From: Elusimicrobium minutum | GTDB lineage: Bacteria; Elusimicrobiota; Elusimicrobia; Elusimicrobiales; UBA9959 | Direction of reading: 5' to 3' | Length of the DNA stretch: 64,000 bases | Assembly: GCA_020723765.1 (NCBI GenBank) | Contig: DYIF01000004.1 | Span: 10,199-74,198 of the forward strand | Part shown: positions 37,781 to 45,978 of the stretch, piece after piece | Layout of the letters: every line of letters begins with the position of its first letter | Numbering within the stretch: position 1 is the first letter of the stretch | Made by a program: the position numbers and the translations under genes | The notes under the pieces: model-generated | The model's input: only the letters and a program-made list of their open reading frames with translations | Databases searched by the model: none | Told to the model about the DNA's origin: nothing

Positions 37781-37898
37781 AGATGTATGGACGCATAGAT
37801 GTGTAGATGTGTGGAAGCCTGGACGATTAGATGAATGGATGACCGGATGATTGGAAGAAATTAGATGTATAGAAGCATAGATGTATGGATGCGTAGAG
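37781..37898 (-). repeat. CATCTA/CATCCA-word array upstream of tRNA-Cys
   Basis: Plus strand reads agatgtatggacgcatagatgtgtagatgtgtggaagcctggacgattagatgaatggatgaccggatgattggaagaaattagatgtatagaagcatagatgtatggatgcgtagag. The distal 52 nt match 17690-17741 in the same orientation relative to the tRNA. Confidence 0.75.
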
Positions 37899-37932
37899 TT
37901 ATTGGAAGAATTTAAACTTTTTCTAATCGTAT

Positions 37933-38014
37933 AACATTGAATATTAGACTTACAACTTATAGCCCTATTCTCTATCCCCTCCTCTCTATTCTCTTTCTTA
38001 TGACTTTAAACATT
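37933..38014 (+). repeat. ~80-nt polypyrimidine-core module, copy 1
   Basis: Reads aacattgaatattagacttacaacttatagccctattctctatcccctcctctctattctctttcttatgactttaaacatt. Confidence 0.8.
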
Positions 38015-38036
38015 TGGTTCCTCTCGTGCAACTTTA

Positions 38037-38114
38037 AACATTAGACTTTAGACTTACAACTTATATCCCCTATCCCCTCCTCTCCATTCTCTGTTCTCTA
38101 TCTTATGACATTGA
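38037..38114 (+). repeat. ~78-nt polypyrimidine-core module, copy 2
   Basis: Reads aacattagactttagacttacaacttatatcccctatcccctcctctccattctctgttctctatcttatgacattga. Near-identical to the reverse complement of 50341-50410, differing by a 1-nt indel, a 7-nt indel and one substitution (hand alignment). Confidence 0.85.
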
Positions 38115-38137
38115 ACTTTAAACTTTAAAAATTGCCA

Positions 38138-38165
38138 TTGAAATATTGCGAAAATCTGCTAAAAT
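38138..38165 (+). promoter_or_regulatory. putative sigma70-type promoter of ssrA
   Basis: TTGAAA (38138-38143), 16-nt spacer, TAAAAT (38160-38165), 22 nt before the mature tmRNA 5' end. Confidence 0.4.
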
Positions 38166-38187
38166 ATAAGTATAGTTCTCTTTAATA

Positions 38188-38547
38188 GGGGGCGAATAGG
38201 TTTGACATTGACGGGTTGTTCTATTTCTCGCAGGCCGTGGGCGACCCGGGCCACGTTAAAAGGGTCAAAACAATAACTGCCAACTCATACGAGATGGCTT
38301 GGGCAAACGCCTAATAAGCGTCTTATTGTCCACGCGGCCGTTCGATCTCCCGGGTCGAACGTAACCGTGTCACCAACCGGGATAGCGGTATCGGGCGTAA
38401 GTCCGTGCCAAATATCGCGAAACCCAAACGGACTGGAAAGAGCGTTAGGTAGTTCCGAACCTTCGCCTTTCTTGATAAATCGGAACTAAGCCTGTAGTGA
38501 GAGTAGGGCATCGCCAATGGACCCGGGTGCGAATCCCGGCGCCTCCA
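38188..38547 (+). ncRNA. ssrA: tmRNA (transfer-messenger RNA)
   Basis: The 5' GGGGGCG pairs with the 3' CGCCTCC, giving the G3:U70 alanine identity pair. The 3' end GGAC-CCGGG-TGCGAAT-CCCGG-CGCCTCC-A is collinear with the E. coli GGAC-GCGGG-UUCAACU-CCCGC-CAGCUCC-A. Tag reading frame 38279-38311 is GCC AAC TCA TAC GAG ATG GCT TGG GCA AAC GCC, followed by TAA TAA, encoding ANSYEMAWANA. Length 360 nt. CCA is not encoded. Confidence 0.9.
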
Positions 38548-38675
38548 TAGTTTGCTAAGTCATGATACTGTTATCATGACGTGGGATTCGCAAGCCCGCA
38601 GACAAACATTAACATTCGGTTTGTCGAGGGGCGGTCCGCGAAAAAACGAGCGGTGAGCGAGTTTTATTTGCGGAA

Positions 38676-38695
38676 GAATCCCGGCGCCTCCACCA
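38676..38695 (+). repeat. duplicate of the tmRNA 3' end (17 nt identical to 38531-38547) followed by CCA
   Basis: GAATCCCGGCGCCTCCA occurs at 38531-38547 (followed by TAG) and again at 38676-38692 (followed by CCA). Confidence 0.85.
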
Positions 38696-38713
38696 TTTAA
38701 GGGGAATCTTAAA

Positions 38714-39124
38714 ATGAAAAAAATAGTTTTTTTACCAACAATCCTCCTAATTGCTTCCTTCAGTTCACTTATAAATTCACAAAATACTCAAAACCAGGAT
38801 TATATAAATAATATTAAAAAACAGATTTCGGAAATAGAATCTAAAATACCAACCGTTAAAAATCCCATAAACGAATATATAAAAATAGCCCATCTATACA
38901 CAGAGATAGAAGATCTGGATAATGCCACTATATATTTTGAAAAAGCTCTTTCATTGGAACCTACTAACGCAAATATATATTTTAAATTGGCTATGATATA
39001 CGAAAAAAAGAAAAACTATGCAAAAGCTATAGATTATTGGGAAAAATGCCTAAAATACTCTCAAAACAAGCAAATATCCGATATAGCCAGAAAACACATA
39101 AGTTTCTTGAGAGAAATAAAATGA
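38714..39124 (+). CDS. secreted TPR-repeat protein
   Basis: Signal peptide MKKIVFLPTILLIASFSSLINS. TPR-like helices (AHLYTEIEDLDNATIYFEKALSLEPTNANIYFKLAMIYEKKKNYAKAIDYWEKCL). Confidence 0.75.
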   Translation: MKKIVFLPTILLIASFSSLINSQNTQNQDYINNIKKQISEIESKIPTVKNPINEYIKIAHLYTEIEDLDNATIYFEKALSLEPTNANIYFKLAMIYEKKKNYAKAIDYWEKCLKYSQNKQISDIARKHISFLREIK

Positions 39125-39732
39125 AAAAACTTTTATTTTTTCTCCCTTTTATTTTTTCATGTGTTTCACCTCAAATAGCCGTAAACAAAAAAGCTGATTT
39201 TTCAAAGATTAAAAGAATCGCAGTCCTAAATTTCTCAGGCCCCGAAGGTTCTACCATAGCGGATATTTTCACCATAACTTTTTTAAAACACGGCGCAGAT
39301 GTCGTGGAAAGACAGCAATTGGAAGCGGTTACAAAAGAATTAAATCTTTCTCAGTCCGAACTGTCGGACCCCGGCACCAGAAAAAAAATAGGAAAACTTC
39401 TTTCTGTAGATGCTCTTGTGATAGGAAGCGTAACTTCTTATAAACCGAATACCAAATATTTAATGAGAAACTCTGGGGGGAGTTTTGATTCGGTAAAAGA
39501 GATAAAAGGCAAAAACGTCTACATACAAAACTTCGACCCTTCGACCGATACCTCAATACTGGAAACCACGGCCGAAATAGGCATTTCGATGAGAATGATA
39601 GACACGGAAAACGGAAGCATTTTGTATTCCGCTTATATGAGTTATGAAGGACTGGATATCCCGACCACCGTTCAGTCTATTTCGGAATATTTTGTAAAAT
39701 CTCTCTCAAAATACTGGAACGAATTAATTTAA
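39121..39732 (+). CDS. CsgG/LpoB-like outer-membrane-associated lipoprotein
   Basis: ORF 39037..39732 trimmed to MKKLLFFLPFIFSC (lipobox, ATGA overlap with the TPR gene). IAVLNFSGPEG...VVERQQLEAVTKELNLSQSE...IGKLLSVDALVIGSVT matches the CsgG-type pattern. Confidence 0.6.
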   Translation: MKKLLFFLPFIFSCVSPQIAVNKKADFSKIKRIAVLNFSGPEGSTIADIFTITFLKHGADVVERQQLEAVTKELNLSQSELSDPGTRKKIGKLLSVDALVIGSVTSYKPNTKYLMRNSGGSFDSVKEIKGKNVYIQNFDPSTDTSILETTAEIGISMRMIDTENGSILYSAYMSYEGLDIPTTVQSISEYFVKSLSKYWNELI

Positions 39733-40658
39733 CCTATAGATACTACCCGATAGGTATAGCTTTCGGAAATCTTTTCTTTATTTCTAAGATAGTTTGTTAT
39801 GTGCTGGCCGCAGTTTGAACCTATTTTATTCTCCTCAAGCTCACCTACGCTTATTATTACCTCATACCCTTCCTTTCTTAAAAGCTCAAACCATACGTCT
39901 TCTTTATACTGAAACTCGGTTACCAATTTATTGGAAACAGCTTTATAAGTCGGATTTACGGGAGTTATTTTTATTAAAAATTTATCCGGAGAAAAATGTT
40001 TTTTTATGACCTCGGCGTCGGATTTAAAATCGGGGTTATATATAAAGTTCAAAGTTATTTTTCTGCCTCCCTCGTCGTAAAATTTTTCTCCGTAATCGGC
40101 TATTTCTTTAAAACTCCATTTTTTTACGGGAATTATTTTGTCTCTTATCTCGGGATCGGTGGAATGAATGGAAAATTGAAGCTGAAAGGTTTTAGGATAT
40201 AAAGTTTTTTTAACCCCGGCGAGTTTTTCAAAAAAAAGAGCGCAAGATGCTGGAGCCACCGTCGAGAGACTCGGATAAAGATTGTGTTTTTTTATGTTAA
40301 ATTTTATTTCTTTTAAAACTTCAATAACCGCGTCGTTATAAGAAGGCTCTCCGACTCTTGCAAACTGTATTTTAAGTTTTTCGCAGTTAAATTTATCCGC
40401 ATCGTACTCTTTCAATAAATAATTTATTTGAAACATAATTTCGTCTTTGCTTAACTTCCCCGAATAAAACCCGCCCGCGTCGCAAAAATCGCATTTCACG
40501 GGACAACCGTATAAAGTTGATATTAAAAAAACCCACTTTTTTTCTCTCGGGAACGGAGGCTGCAAAGATTGAGCAAATTCAATTACATTACCTTTTTCGT
40601 TCTCGGCTATATAAACCGTAGCTAAATTATCGTCGCCCGCCTTAGCTCTTACCTTCAT
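39729..40658 (-). CDS. radical SAM enzyme of the RlmN/Cfr methyl-synthase lineage (N-terminally short)
   Basis: CxxxCxxC in LYGCPVKCDFCDAGG. Collinear by eye with RlmN blocks: VGEP, LSTVAPA, FSIHSTDPEIRDKIIPV (LAISLHAP-D-E-R), ITPVNP, and the C-terminal SNCGQ (AACGQ in RlmN). Confidence 0.7.
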   Translation of the reverse strand: MKVRAKAGDDNLATVYIAENEKGNVIEFAQSLQPPFPREKKWVFLISTLYGCPVKCDFCDAGGFYSGKLSKDEIMFQINYLLKEYDADKFNCEKLKIQFARVGEPSYNDAVIEVLKEIKFNIKKHNLYPSLSTVAPASCALFFEKLAGVKKTLYPKTFQLQFSIHSTDPEIRDKIIPVKKWSFKEIADYGEKFYDEGGRKITLNFIYNPDFKSDAEVIKKHFSPDKFLIKITPVNPTYKAVSNKLVTEFQYKEDVWFELLRKEGYEVIISVGELEENKIGSNCGQHITNYLRNKEKISESYTYRVVSIG

Positions 40659-41505
40659 ACTCCAACTCCTTTATTTTCATCGCGATTTTCATGGCGTCGG
40701 AAATGGAATTTATCGCCTGTCTAAACCTTCCGTTTTTTACGTCGCCGCATAAAAAAAATTTTTCTTTTAAATTTCTATAAGATATTATTTTATCAATATT
40801 TTTTATTCCACCGTAATACTCCTTTCTTCCGCATGCTGAAATAACGCAATCAAACGAATATTTCTTTTCTTCGTTTTTTTGTTTAAAAATTATTTCGTAT
40901 TTGCCGTTTTTTTTGATAATTTTTTTTATCTCGGCGGGGCCTATTAAATTTATATTTTTGTCTTTAGCGCATCTTTCTTTAAGGATATTTAAGCATCTCA
41001 ATCCTCTATAAATAATCGTGACTTTATTTTTTCTTTTTGAAAGATTAACGGCGTTATCGAAAGCCACATCCCCTCCGCCTATTATACCGACTTCTTTATT
41101 TTTTATGTAAAAAAAATTTTCCCAGAAACTTAACATGTCTTTTTTTATGTTCTTCGCTTCTTTTATTATTACAGGCTCCGTCCCTGTAGCGAGAATCAAG
41201 TAATCCGAAAAATACTCATTTTTCCCTGTTGTTATAACGAATTTGTTTTTAAAATTTATTTTTTTCACGGTTTCGAAAATAACTCTTATTTTATTCGATT
41301 CGGCTTCTTTTTTAATCATATCGCAAAAATTCGGGCCGGAAATCGGTTTTAAAAAAGGAAAATTTTCTATTAAATTTGCGTATCTTATAAGGCCGCCTAT
41401 CTCTTTCTTTTCAAAAACTATAGAGTCTATGCCGAATCTCTTCAAATAAATGGAGCAAAAAACTCCGCCGGGACCCGCGCCTATTATGGCTACTTTAGTA
41501 TTCAT
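40642..41505 (-). CDS. FAD/NAD(P)-dependent oxidoreductase, thioredoxin-reductase-like fold without a CxxC redox pair
   Basis: VAIIGAGPGGVFCSIYL (FAD GxGxxG), a second dinucleotide motif VGIIGGGDVAFDNA, and C-terminal FLCGDV. Confidence 0.75.
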   Translation of the reverse strand: MNTKVAIIGAGPGGVFCSIYLKRFGIDSIVFEKKEIGGLIRYANLIENFPFLKPISGPNFCDMIKKEAESNKIRVIFETVKKINFKNKFVITTGKNEYFSDYLILATGTEPVIIKEAKNIKKDMLSFWENFFYIKNKEVGIIGGGDVAFDNAVNLSKRKNKVTIIYRGLRCLNILKERCAKDKNINLIGPAEIKKIIKKNGKYEIIFKQKNEEKKYSFDCVISACGRKEYYGGIKNIDKIISYRNLKEKFFLCGDVKNGRFRQAINSISDAMKIAMKIKELEYEGKS

Positions 41506-42146
41506 TTTATGTCCTTTAAAAGAAAAGGCGTTCCAAACCCGTAAGATATGTTTAAAACGCTAGATATATGATGTTTAATGTAATAAGCCGCGGTGGTATC
41601 TATGCCGAAATAAATCTCATAGCCTCTGACAAAACCGCTTCGGGCCGTGGTTTCGCAACAAAGATTAGACACAACCCCCGATATAAAAATTTTTTTCGAT
41701 TTCGTTTTTTTAAGAATTTTATCCAGTTCCGTTTTATAAAAAGCATCGTATTGAGTTTTTTCTAAGGTTATAGAGTTTTCAATATAAATTTTTTCGTCTA
41801 TTTCGCTCAAAAAGTCTTCTTTTCTTATTCTATCGCGCCACCATTTTAAAAGCATATTGTTTTTGTCTTTAATATCGTCTATATGTCTTGTAAATATCAC
41901 GGGCCTTTTAGCGGCGATAAAAATATCTCTAAGCTTTTTGACTCTATCGATAACCGGCTTAACCGATGGAACAAAAGCGTGAGAAGACGGCCGGGTAAAA
42001 TATTTCTGCATATCTATTATTAAAAGGGCGGAGTCTTTTATGTTTATATTTTTCCTTAGTTCCATTATTTTTTTGGAAGAAACTTCTTTTGCGATTTCGT
42101 TTGATTTTTTTTCGATGTTATTAAAGCCGAAGTATTTTTGCTTCAT
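41502..42146 (-). CDS. isochorismatase-family cysteine hydrolase
   Basis: ALLIIDMQKYF (catalytic Asp block) and ISGVVSNLCCETTARSG (nucleophile Cys block). 214 aa. Confidence 0.8.
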   Translation of the reverse strand: MKQKYFGFNNIEKKSNEIAKEVSSKKIMELRKNINIKDSALLIIDMQKYFTRPSSHAFVPSVKPVIDRVKKLRDIFIAAKRPVIFTRHIDDIKDKNNMLLKWWRDRIRKEDFLSEIDEKIYIENSITLEKTQYDAFYKTELDKILKKTKSKKIFISGVVSNLCCETTARSGFVRGYEIYFGIDTTAAYYIKHHISSVLNISYGFGTPFLLKDIK

Positions 42147-42148
42147 AT

Positions 42149-42853
42149 TTAATTTTTTTCTTTTATCAAAACGACTGTCGGTTTGTTAACGAGAGATTTA
42201 AACTTAAAAGCGTTTTCTTTCGTTCCGACGACATCGCCGAAATGAATAGGTATTGCATACTCCGGCTTTACTAAATTCACAAGTTCCGCCGCCTCAAAAT
42301 CGTTCATCGTATACGTTCCGCCTATCGGCAGAATCATTATGTTAGCTTTAATTTTTTTGGCTTCCTCGGTAACGTCGCTATCTCCCGCTATATATATCGA
42401 AACTCCGCCGTATTCTATTATAAAACCGAGCCAGTTATTAGATTTGGGGTGAAAATTTTTATTTGTATTATAAGCGGGAAAACCTTTTATGATAATCGAT
42501 CCTGACGATACTTCCTCGAAAGGTTTTATTATTTTCTTGTTTTTAACCGAAACTTTATTTACCACGTCTTCGGATGAATAAAGAAAAGTATCCGGTTTTA
42601 AAATTTTTTTTATATCGTCTTCGCTGAAATGGTCGAAGTGAGAGTGGGTTATAAGTATTATATCGGCTTTTTCTTTTACTTTTTTTAACTTCCACGGGTC
42701 TATAAATATGTTTTTCCCGTCTATTTTTAACATTAAAGATGCGTGACCGAACCATTTTATATTATCCGCAATATTTTTTATCATATCTCCCCCTTTAGAA
42801 TAGGATAGATTTAAAAAACTAAAACTTAAAACGAAAAACAGGATTCTTATCAT
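42149..42853 (-). CDS. metallo-beta-lactamase-fold hydrolase
   Basis: ILITHSHFDHF zinc motif. WFGHASL start typical of the small MBL hydrolases. A possible signal peptide exists if the first ATG is used; Met24 is an alternative start. Confidence 0.75.
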   Translation of the reverse strand: MIRILFFVLSFSFLNLSYSKGGDMIKNIADNIKWFGHASLMLKIDGKNIFIDPWKLKKVKEKADIILITHSHFDHFSEDDIKKILKPDTFLYSSEDVVNKVSVKNKKIIKPFEEVSSGSIIIKGFPAYNTNKNFHPKSNNWLGFIIEYGGVSIYIAGDSDVTEEAKKIKANIMILPIGGTYTMNDFEAAELVNLVKPEYAIPIHFGDVVGTKENAFKFKSLVNKPTVVLIKEKN

Positions 42854-42856
42854 AAA

Positions 42857-43429
42857 TCACTCCTTTTTCTTTTCTATTAAAGTAAAAGACGGCTTTTCAT
42901 TCTGTTTTTTAGGTTTTTTTTGATTTTTATCTTTTCTATCATAGCAAATATTTATAAGTCTACCTTTTACATCGTTTCCCATGCTTTTAAGCTTAAATAT
43001 GACAACGTCTTTTTTTTCTTCGTTTTCAAACATAATCTCGCCGTCAAGCCATGAAGATTTTAGATATATCTTGTTTTGAAAATAACATGCTTGGGTTTTA
43101 AAAGTGACAGAAGTAAAAACGGATCTGCCGGTAAATATGTCTACATCGTAACAGTTGTTTTCCTTAATAGATTTTTTAACTCTAAAATTAGAGTTTATGT
43201 TTTTAGAATAATCAGATTTATTTTGAAGGTTATACCCTCCTTTATTGTCTTTACCATTTTCGCCATAAATACCGGGGAAATTTACATAAAGATAATATTT
43301 ACTTTTCTCAGTTTCCACATCCCCTTTCCAGATTCCGTAATAATCCGAAAAATCTCCGGAAAACAGATTCGACATAAATAAAAAAATCAGTATAACCATA
43401 AATTTATATAATAGTTTTATGAAATACAT
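42857..43429 (-). CDS. hypothetical exported protein
   Basis: ORF 42857..43483. The start is probably an internal Met (MYFIKLLYKFMVILIFLF) to limit overlap with the divergent gene. No recognisable motifs. Confidence 0.5.
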   Translation of the reverse strand: MYFIKLLYKFMVILIFLFMSNLFSGDFSDYYGIWKGDVETEKSKYYLYVNFPGIYGENGKDNKGGYNLQNKSDYSKNINSNFRVKKSIKENNCYDVDIFTGRSVFTSVTFKTQACYFQNKIYLKSSWLDGEIMFENEEKKDVVIFKLKSMGNDVKGRLINICYDRKDKNQKKPKKQNEKPSFTLIEKKKE

Positions 43430-44066
43430 TTTAGCATTATTTTTTACTCCTTTATCCTTATACGCCCAAACCGTATTATTCATAGGAGATTCTCACTCGG
43501 TAGGGCCTTTCGGAAAAGAACTGGACGCTCTTTTAAGACGGGAAGGGTATAAAACTTACACATACGCCTCATGCGGTTCCATATCCGAATGGTGGTTTAG
43601 CGGAAAAGAAACAAAATGCGGCTATTTTTTTAAAGACGAAACGATCGAAAAAAAAGGATTGGCCGAAAAAACTCCCGATATTGAAAAATTATTAAAAGAA
43701 ATCAAACCGGATTATACAATAATAGAACTCGGCGCTAACTATAAACCGATTAAAAACGACGAGTTTATAATAAAAGATATTTCGAAACTGGTGGATACGG
43801 TATTAAAATACGATTCAAAATGTCTCTGGGTTACAAATCCCGATTCCAGAAAACTTAAAGAAGAAATACCGAGGGTAAAAGAATTGATTAATTTTGCGAT
43901 AAACTCAAGATGCGAAATCTTCGATTCTACAAAAGTAACAAAATACCCGAAAGACCCGCAAATCGGAGACGGGCTGCATTATTCAAACCAGGCCTTAACC
44001 CCGGTAGCGATAAACTGGGCTAAGGAAGTTTTCGATTTTTTAAAAAAAGTTTTAAAAAATAATTAA
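43419..44066 (+). CDS. secreted SGNH/GDSL-family hydrolase
   Basis: Signal peptide MKYILALFFTPLSLYA. Block I LFIGDSHS, block III GANY, block V DGLH. Confidence 0.75.
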   Translation: MKYILALFFTPLSLYAQTVLFIGDSHSVGPFGKELDALLRREGYKTYTYASCGSISEWWFSGKETKCGYFFKDETIEKKGLAEKTPDIEKLLKEIKPDYTIIELGANYKPIKNDEFIIKDISKLVDTVLKYDSKCLWVTNPDSRKLKEEIPRVKELINFAINSRCEIFDSTKVTKYPKDPQIGDGLHYSNQALTPVAINWAKEVFDFLKKVLKNN

Positions 44067-44127
44067 AGTTTAATCCGACTAAGTTTTATATAATATATTT
44101 TAGAAACTCTCTATATAAGGAGAATTT

Positions 44128-45429
44128 ATGAAAAAAACCTTTATACTGGATACCAACGTTTTAATACACGACCCTCTGTCGTTTTTAAAGTTTCAAGACA
44201 ATATAGTCATAATTCCCATAGCGGTAATAGAAGAGCTCGATACCTTTAAAAATTATGCGGACGAAAAAGGCAAAAACGTAAGAATAGTCTCAAGGAAACT
44301 GGACGAACTGAGAGCAAGCGGAAGATTGGATAAGGGAGTCAAAACAAAAGACGGCGGCATAATAAAAATAGAGATGGAAAAAGAATTCATACTCCCCGAC
44401 GGTTTTACCAAAAACCATATGGACAATAGAATCTTAAATACCGCTTATTCTTTTTATAAAAAAAACAAAAACACCATACTGGTATCTAAAGACATAAATT
44501 TAAGGCTTAAAGCCGAAGCTATAGGATTAAGAGCCGAGGATTACGAAACCGGAAAAGTAAACATAGACGAGCTTTACTCCGGCTCTACGGTAGTCGAAGT
44601 GGACGATAGCGTAATAGAAGAATTTTATAAAAATAAACATATAAAAAACTCCCTTAAAGTATCTTATCCCAACGAATTTGTAATACTAAAATCGAATTCC
44701 GATTCAAAAAAAGCGGCTTTAGGAAGGATACCGAATAACGATACCTCGGTTATAAAAAACCTCTCACCCGAGCAATCTCCATGGGGAATAAAACCGCTAA
44801 ATAAAGAGCAGAGATTTGCGATGGAGCTTTTACTCGACGATAACATAAAACTTATAACTCTTTTGGGTTCGGCCGGAACCGGAAAGACTTTAATATCGCT
44901 TGCCTGCGGGCTTCATAAAACCGTAGACACCAATACTTTTAGAAGAGTAGTGGTATGCAGGTCCATAGTTCCGGTAGGAAGAGACATAGGATATCTCCCG
45001 GGGACAAAAGACGAAAAACTTCAAAGCTGGATGGGAGCCATATACGACAACTTAGAATTTATAATGGACAAAAAACACCCCGAGGAAGGGATAATGAAAT
45101 TCGACTATTTGATGCAACAAAACAAAATAGAAATAGCCTCGGTTACTCATATAAGAGGACGCTCTCTTCCCAAACAATATATGATAGTCGACGACGCTCA
45201 AAACCTCACGCCACACGAAATAAAGACGATATTATCGAGAGCCGGCGAGGGCACAAAAGTGGTGGTAACTGGAGACCCGTATCAAATAGACAATCCTTAC
45301 TTAGATATAGCATCAAACGGTCTTACTTATATAGTGGACAGGTTTAAAGGGCAGTCCGTATACGGACATGTAACATTCACAAAGACCGAAAGAAGCGAAC
45401 TCGCGAGATTGGTATCGGAGCTGCTTTAA
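44128..45429 (+). CDS. phoH2: PhoH2-type protein (N-terminal PIN domain fused to PhoH-like ATPase)
   Basis: PIN start FILDTNVLIHDP...DNRIL. Walker A GSAGTGKT, Walker B MIVDDAQN, and PhoH block ITGDPYQID-type (VTGDPYQIDNP). Confidence 0.85.
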   Translation: MKKTFILDTNVLIHDPLSFLKFQDNIVIIPIAVIEELDTFKNYADEKGKNVRIVSRKLDELRASGRLDKGVKTKDGGIIKIEMEKEFILPDGFTKNHMDNRILNTAYSFYKKNKNTILVSKDINLRLKAEAIGLRAEDYETGKVNIDELYSGSTVVEVDDSVIEEFYKNKHIKNSLKVSYPNEFVILKSNSDSKKAALGRIPNNDTSVIKNLSPEQSPWGIKPLNKEQRFAMELLLDDNIKLITLLGSAGTGKTLISLACGLHKTVDTNTFRRVVVCRSIVPVGRDIGYLPGTKDEKLQSWMGAIYDNLEFIMDKKHPEEGIMKFDYLMQQNKIEIASVTHIRGRSLPKQYMIVDDAQNLTPHEIKTILSRAGEGTKVVVTGDPYQIDNPYLDIASNGLTYIVDRFKGQSVYGHVTFTKTERSELARLVSELL

Positions 45430-45965
45430 TAAAGCGGTTTAAAAGATTTTAAAATACCTTCAAACAATTCTTTATAACCGTCGAAATTTTCTTCCTTTGA
45501 AGAGAATGTCAAAGCGTAAAATCCTTTTTTAGCAGGTATTACGATTAGCCTTTCTTTAAGCCAGTAAGAATTGGATTTCATCTCCACCGACTCGAATTCT
45601 TTCAATTTTCTGTTTATTTCAAAAGCTTTCCTTTCGGTAATTTTTATGTTTTTAACGTCTTCATATTTTTCGGTGGCGCTTTCTTTGGCGCCGTCGGAAG
45701 TTTTAGATTGAGTTTCGATAAAACTTTTATAATCTTTGCCGCTTTTTGAGGAATAATATTTGATAGTTACCGTATTTTTATTATCCTTCGAATTTACGAA
45801 AACAACCTTATATATACCGCTCTTGGCGTCCTTTTCCTTATCCCTTTCGACCTTCCAATCCGAAGGGTATTTACAACCGAAGTATTTCATATCCATAACG
45901 AAGGTTTTAAAGTTTTGAGAAAAAGACAGTCCGGAAAACAAAAATAAAATTGCAAGAATTTTCAT
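45426..45965 (-). CDS. hypothetical secreted protein downstream of the giant C11 gene
   Basis: Signal peptide MKILAILFLFSGLSFS. 179 aa, 13 nt after the upstream stop. No motif recognised. Confidence 0.6.
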   Translation of the reverse strand: MKILAILFLFSGLSFSQNFKTFVMDMKYFGCKYPSDWKVERDKEKDAKSGIYKVVFVNSKDNKNTVTIKYYSSKSGKDYKSFIETQSKTSDGAKESATEKYEDVKNIKITERKAFEINRKLKEFESVEMKSNSYWLKERLIVIPAKKGFYALTFSSKEENFDGYKELFEGILKSFKPLY

Positions 45966-45978
45966 AATTACTCCTTTA

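Noticed and set aside
37781-38130. CRISPR-like appearance of the repeat-rich spacer regions (also 17551-17741 and 50341-50515)
   Set aside because: There is no constant-length direct repeat alternating with unique spacers. The units are 6-8-nt words in variable order, and no cas genes are present in the window.
38323-38517. 64-aa minus-strand ORF
   Set aside because: It lies entirely antisense within the tmRNA gene, which explains this GC-richer stretch.
38528-38695. Possibility that the tmRNA is interrupted in its T-loop by an intron, with the true 3' end at 38695 (CCA-bearing copy)
   Set aside because: The first copy already completes a canonical T-arm and acceptor stem at a normal total length of 360 nt. 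The 128-bp insert is far too short for a group I intron and shows no recognisable intron core. I report it as a duplication instead.
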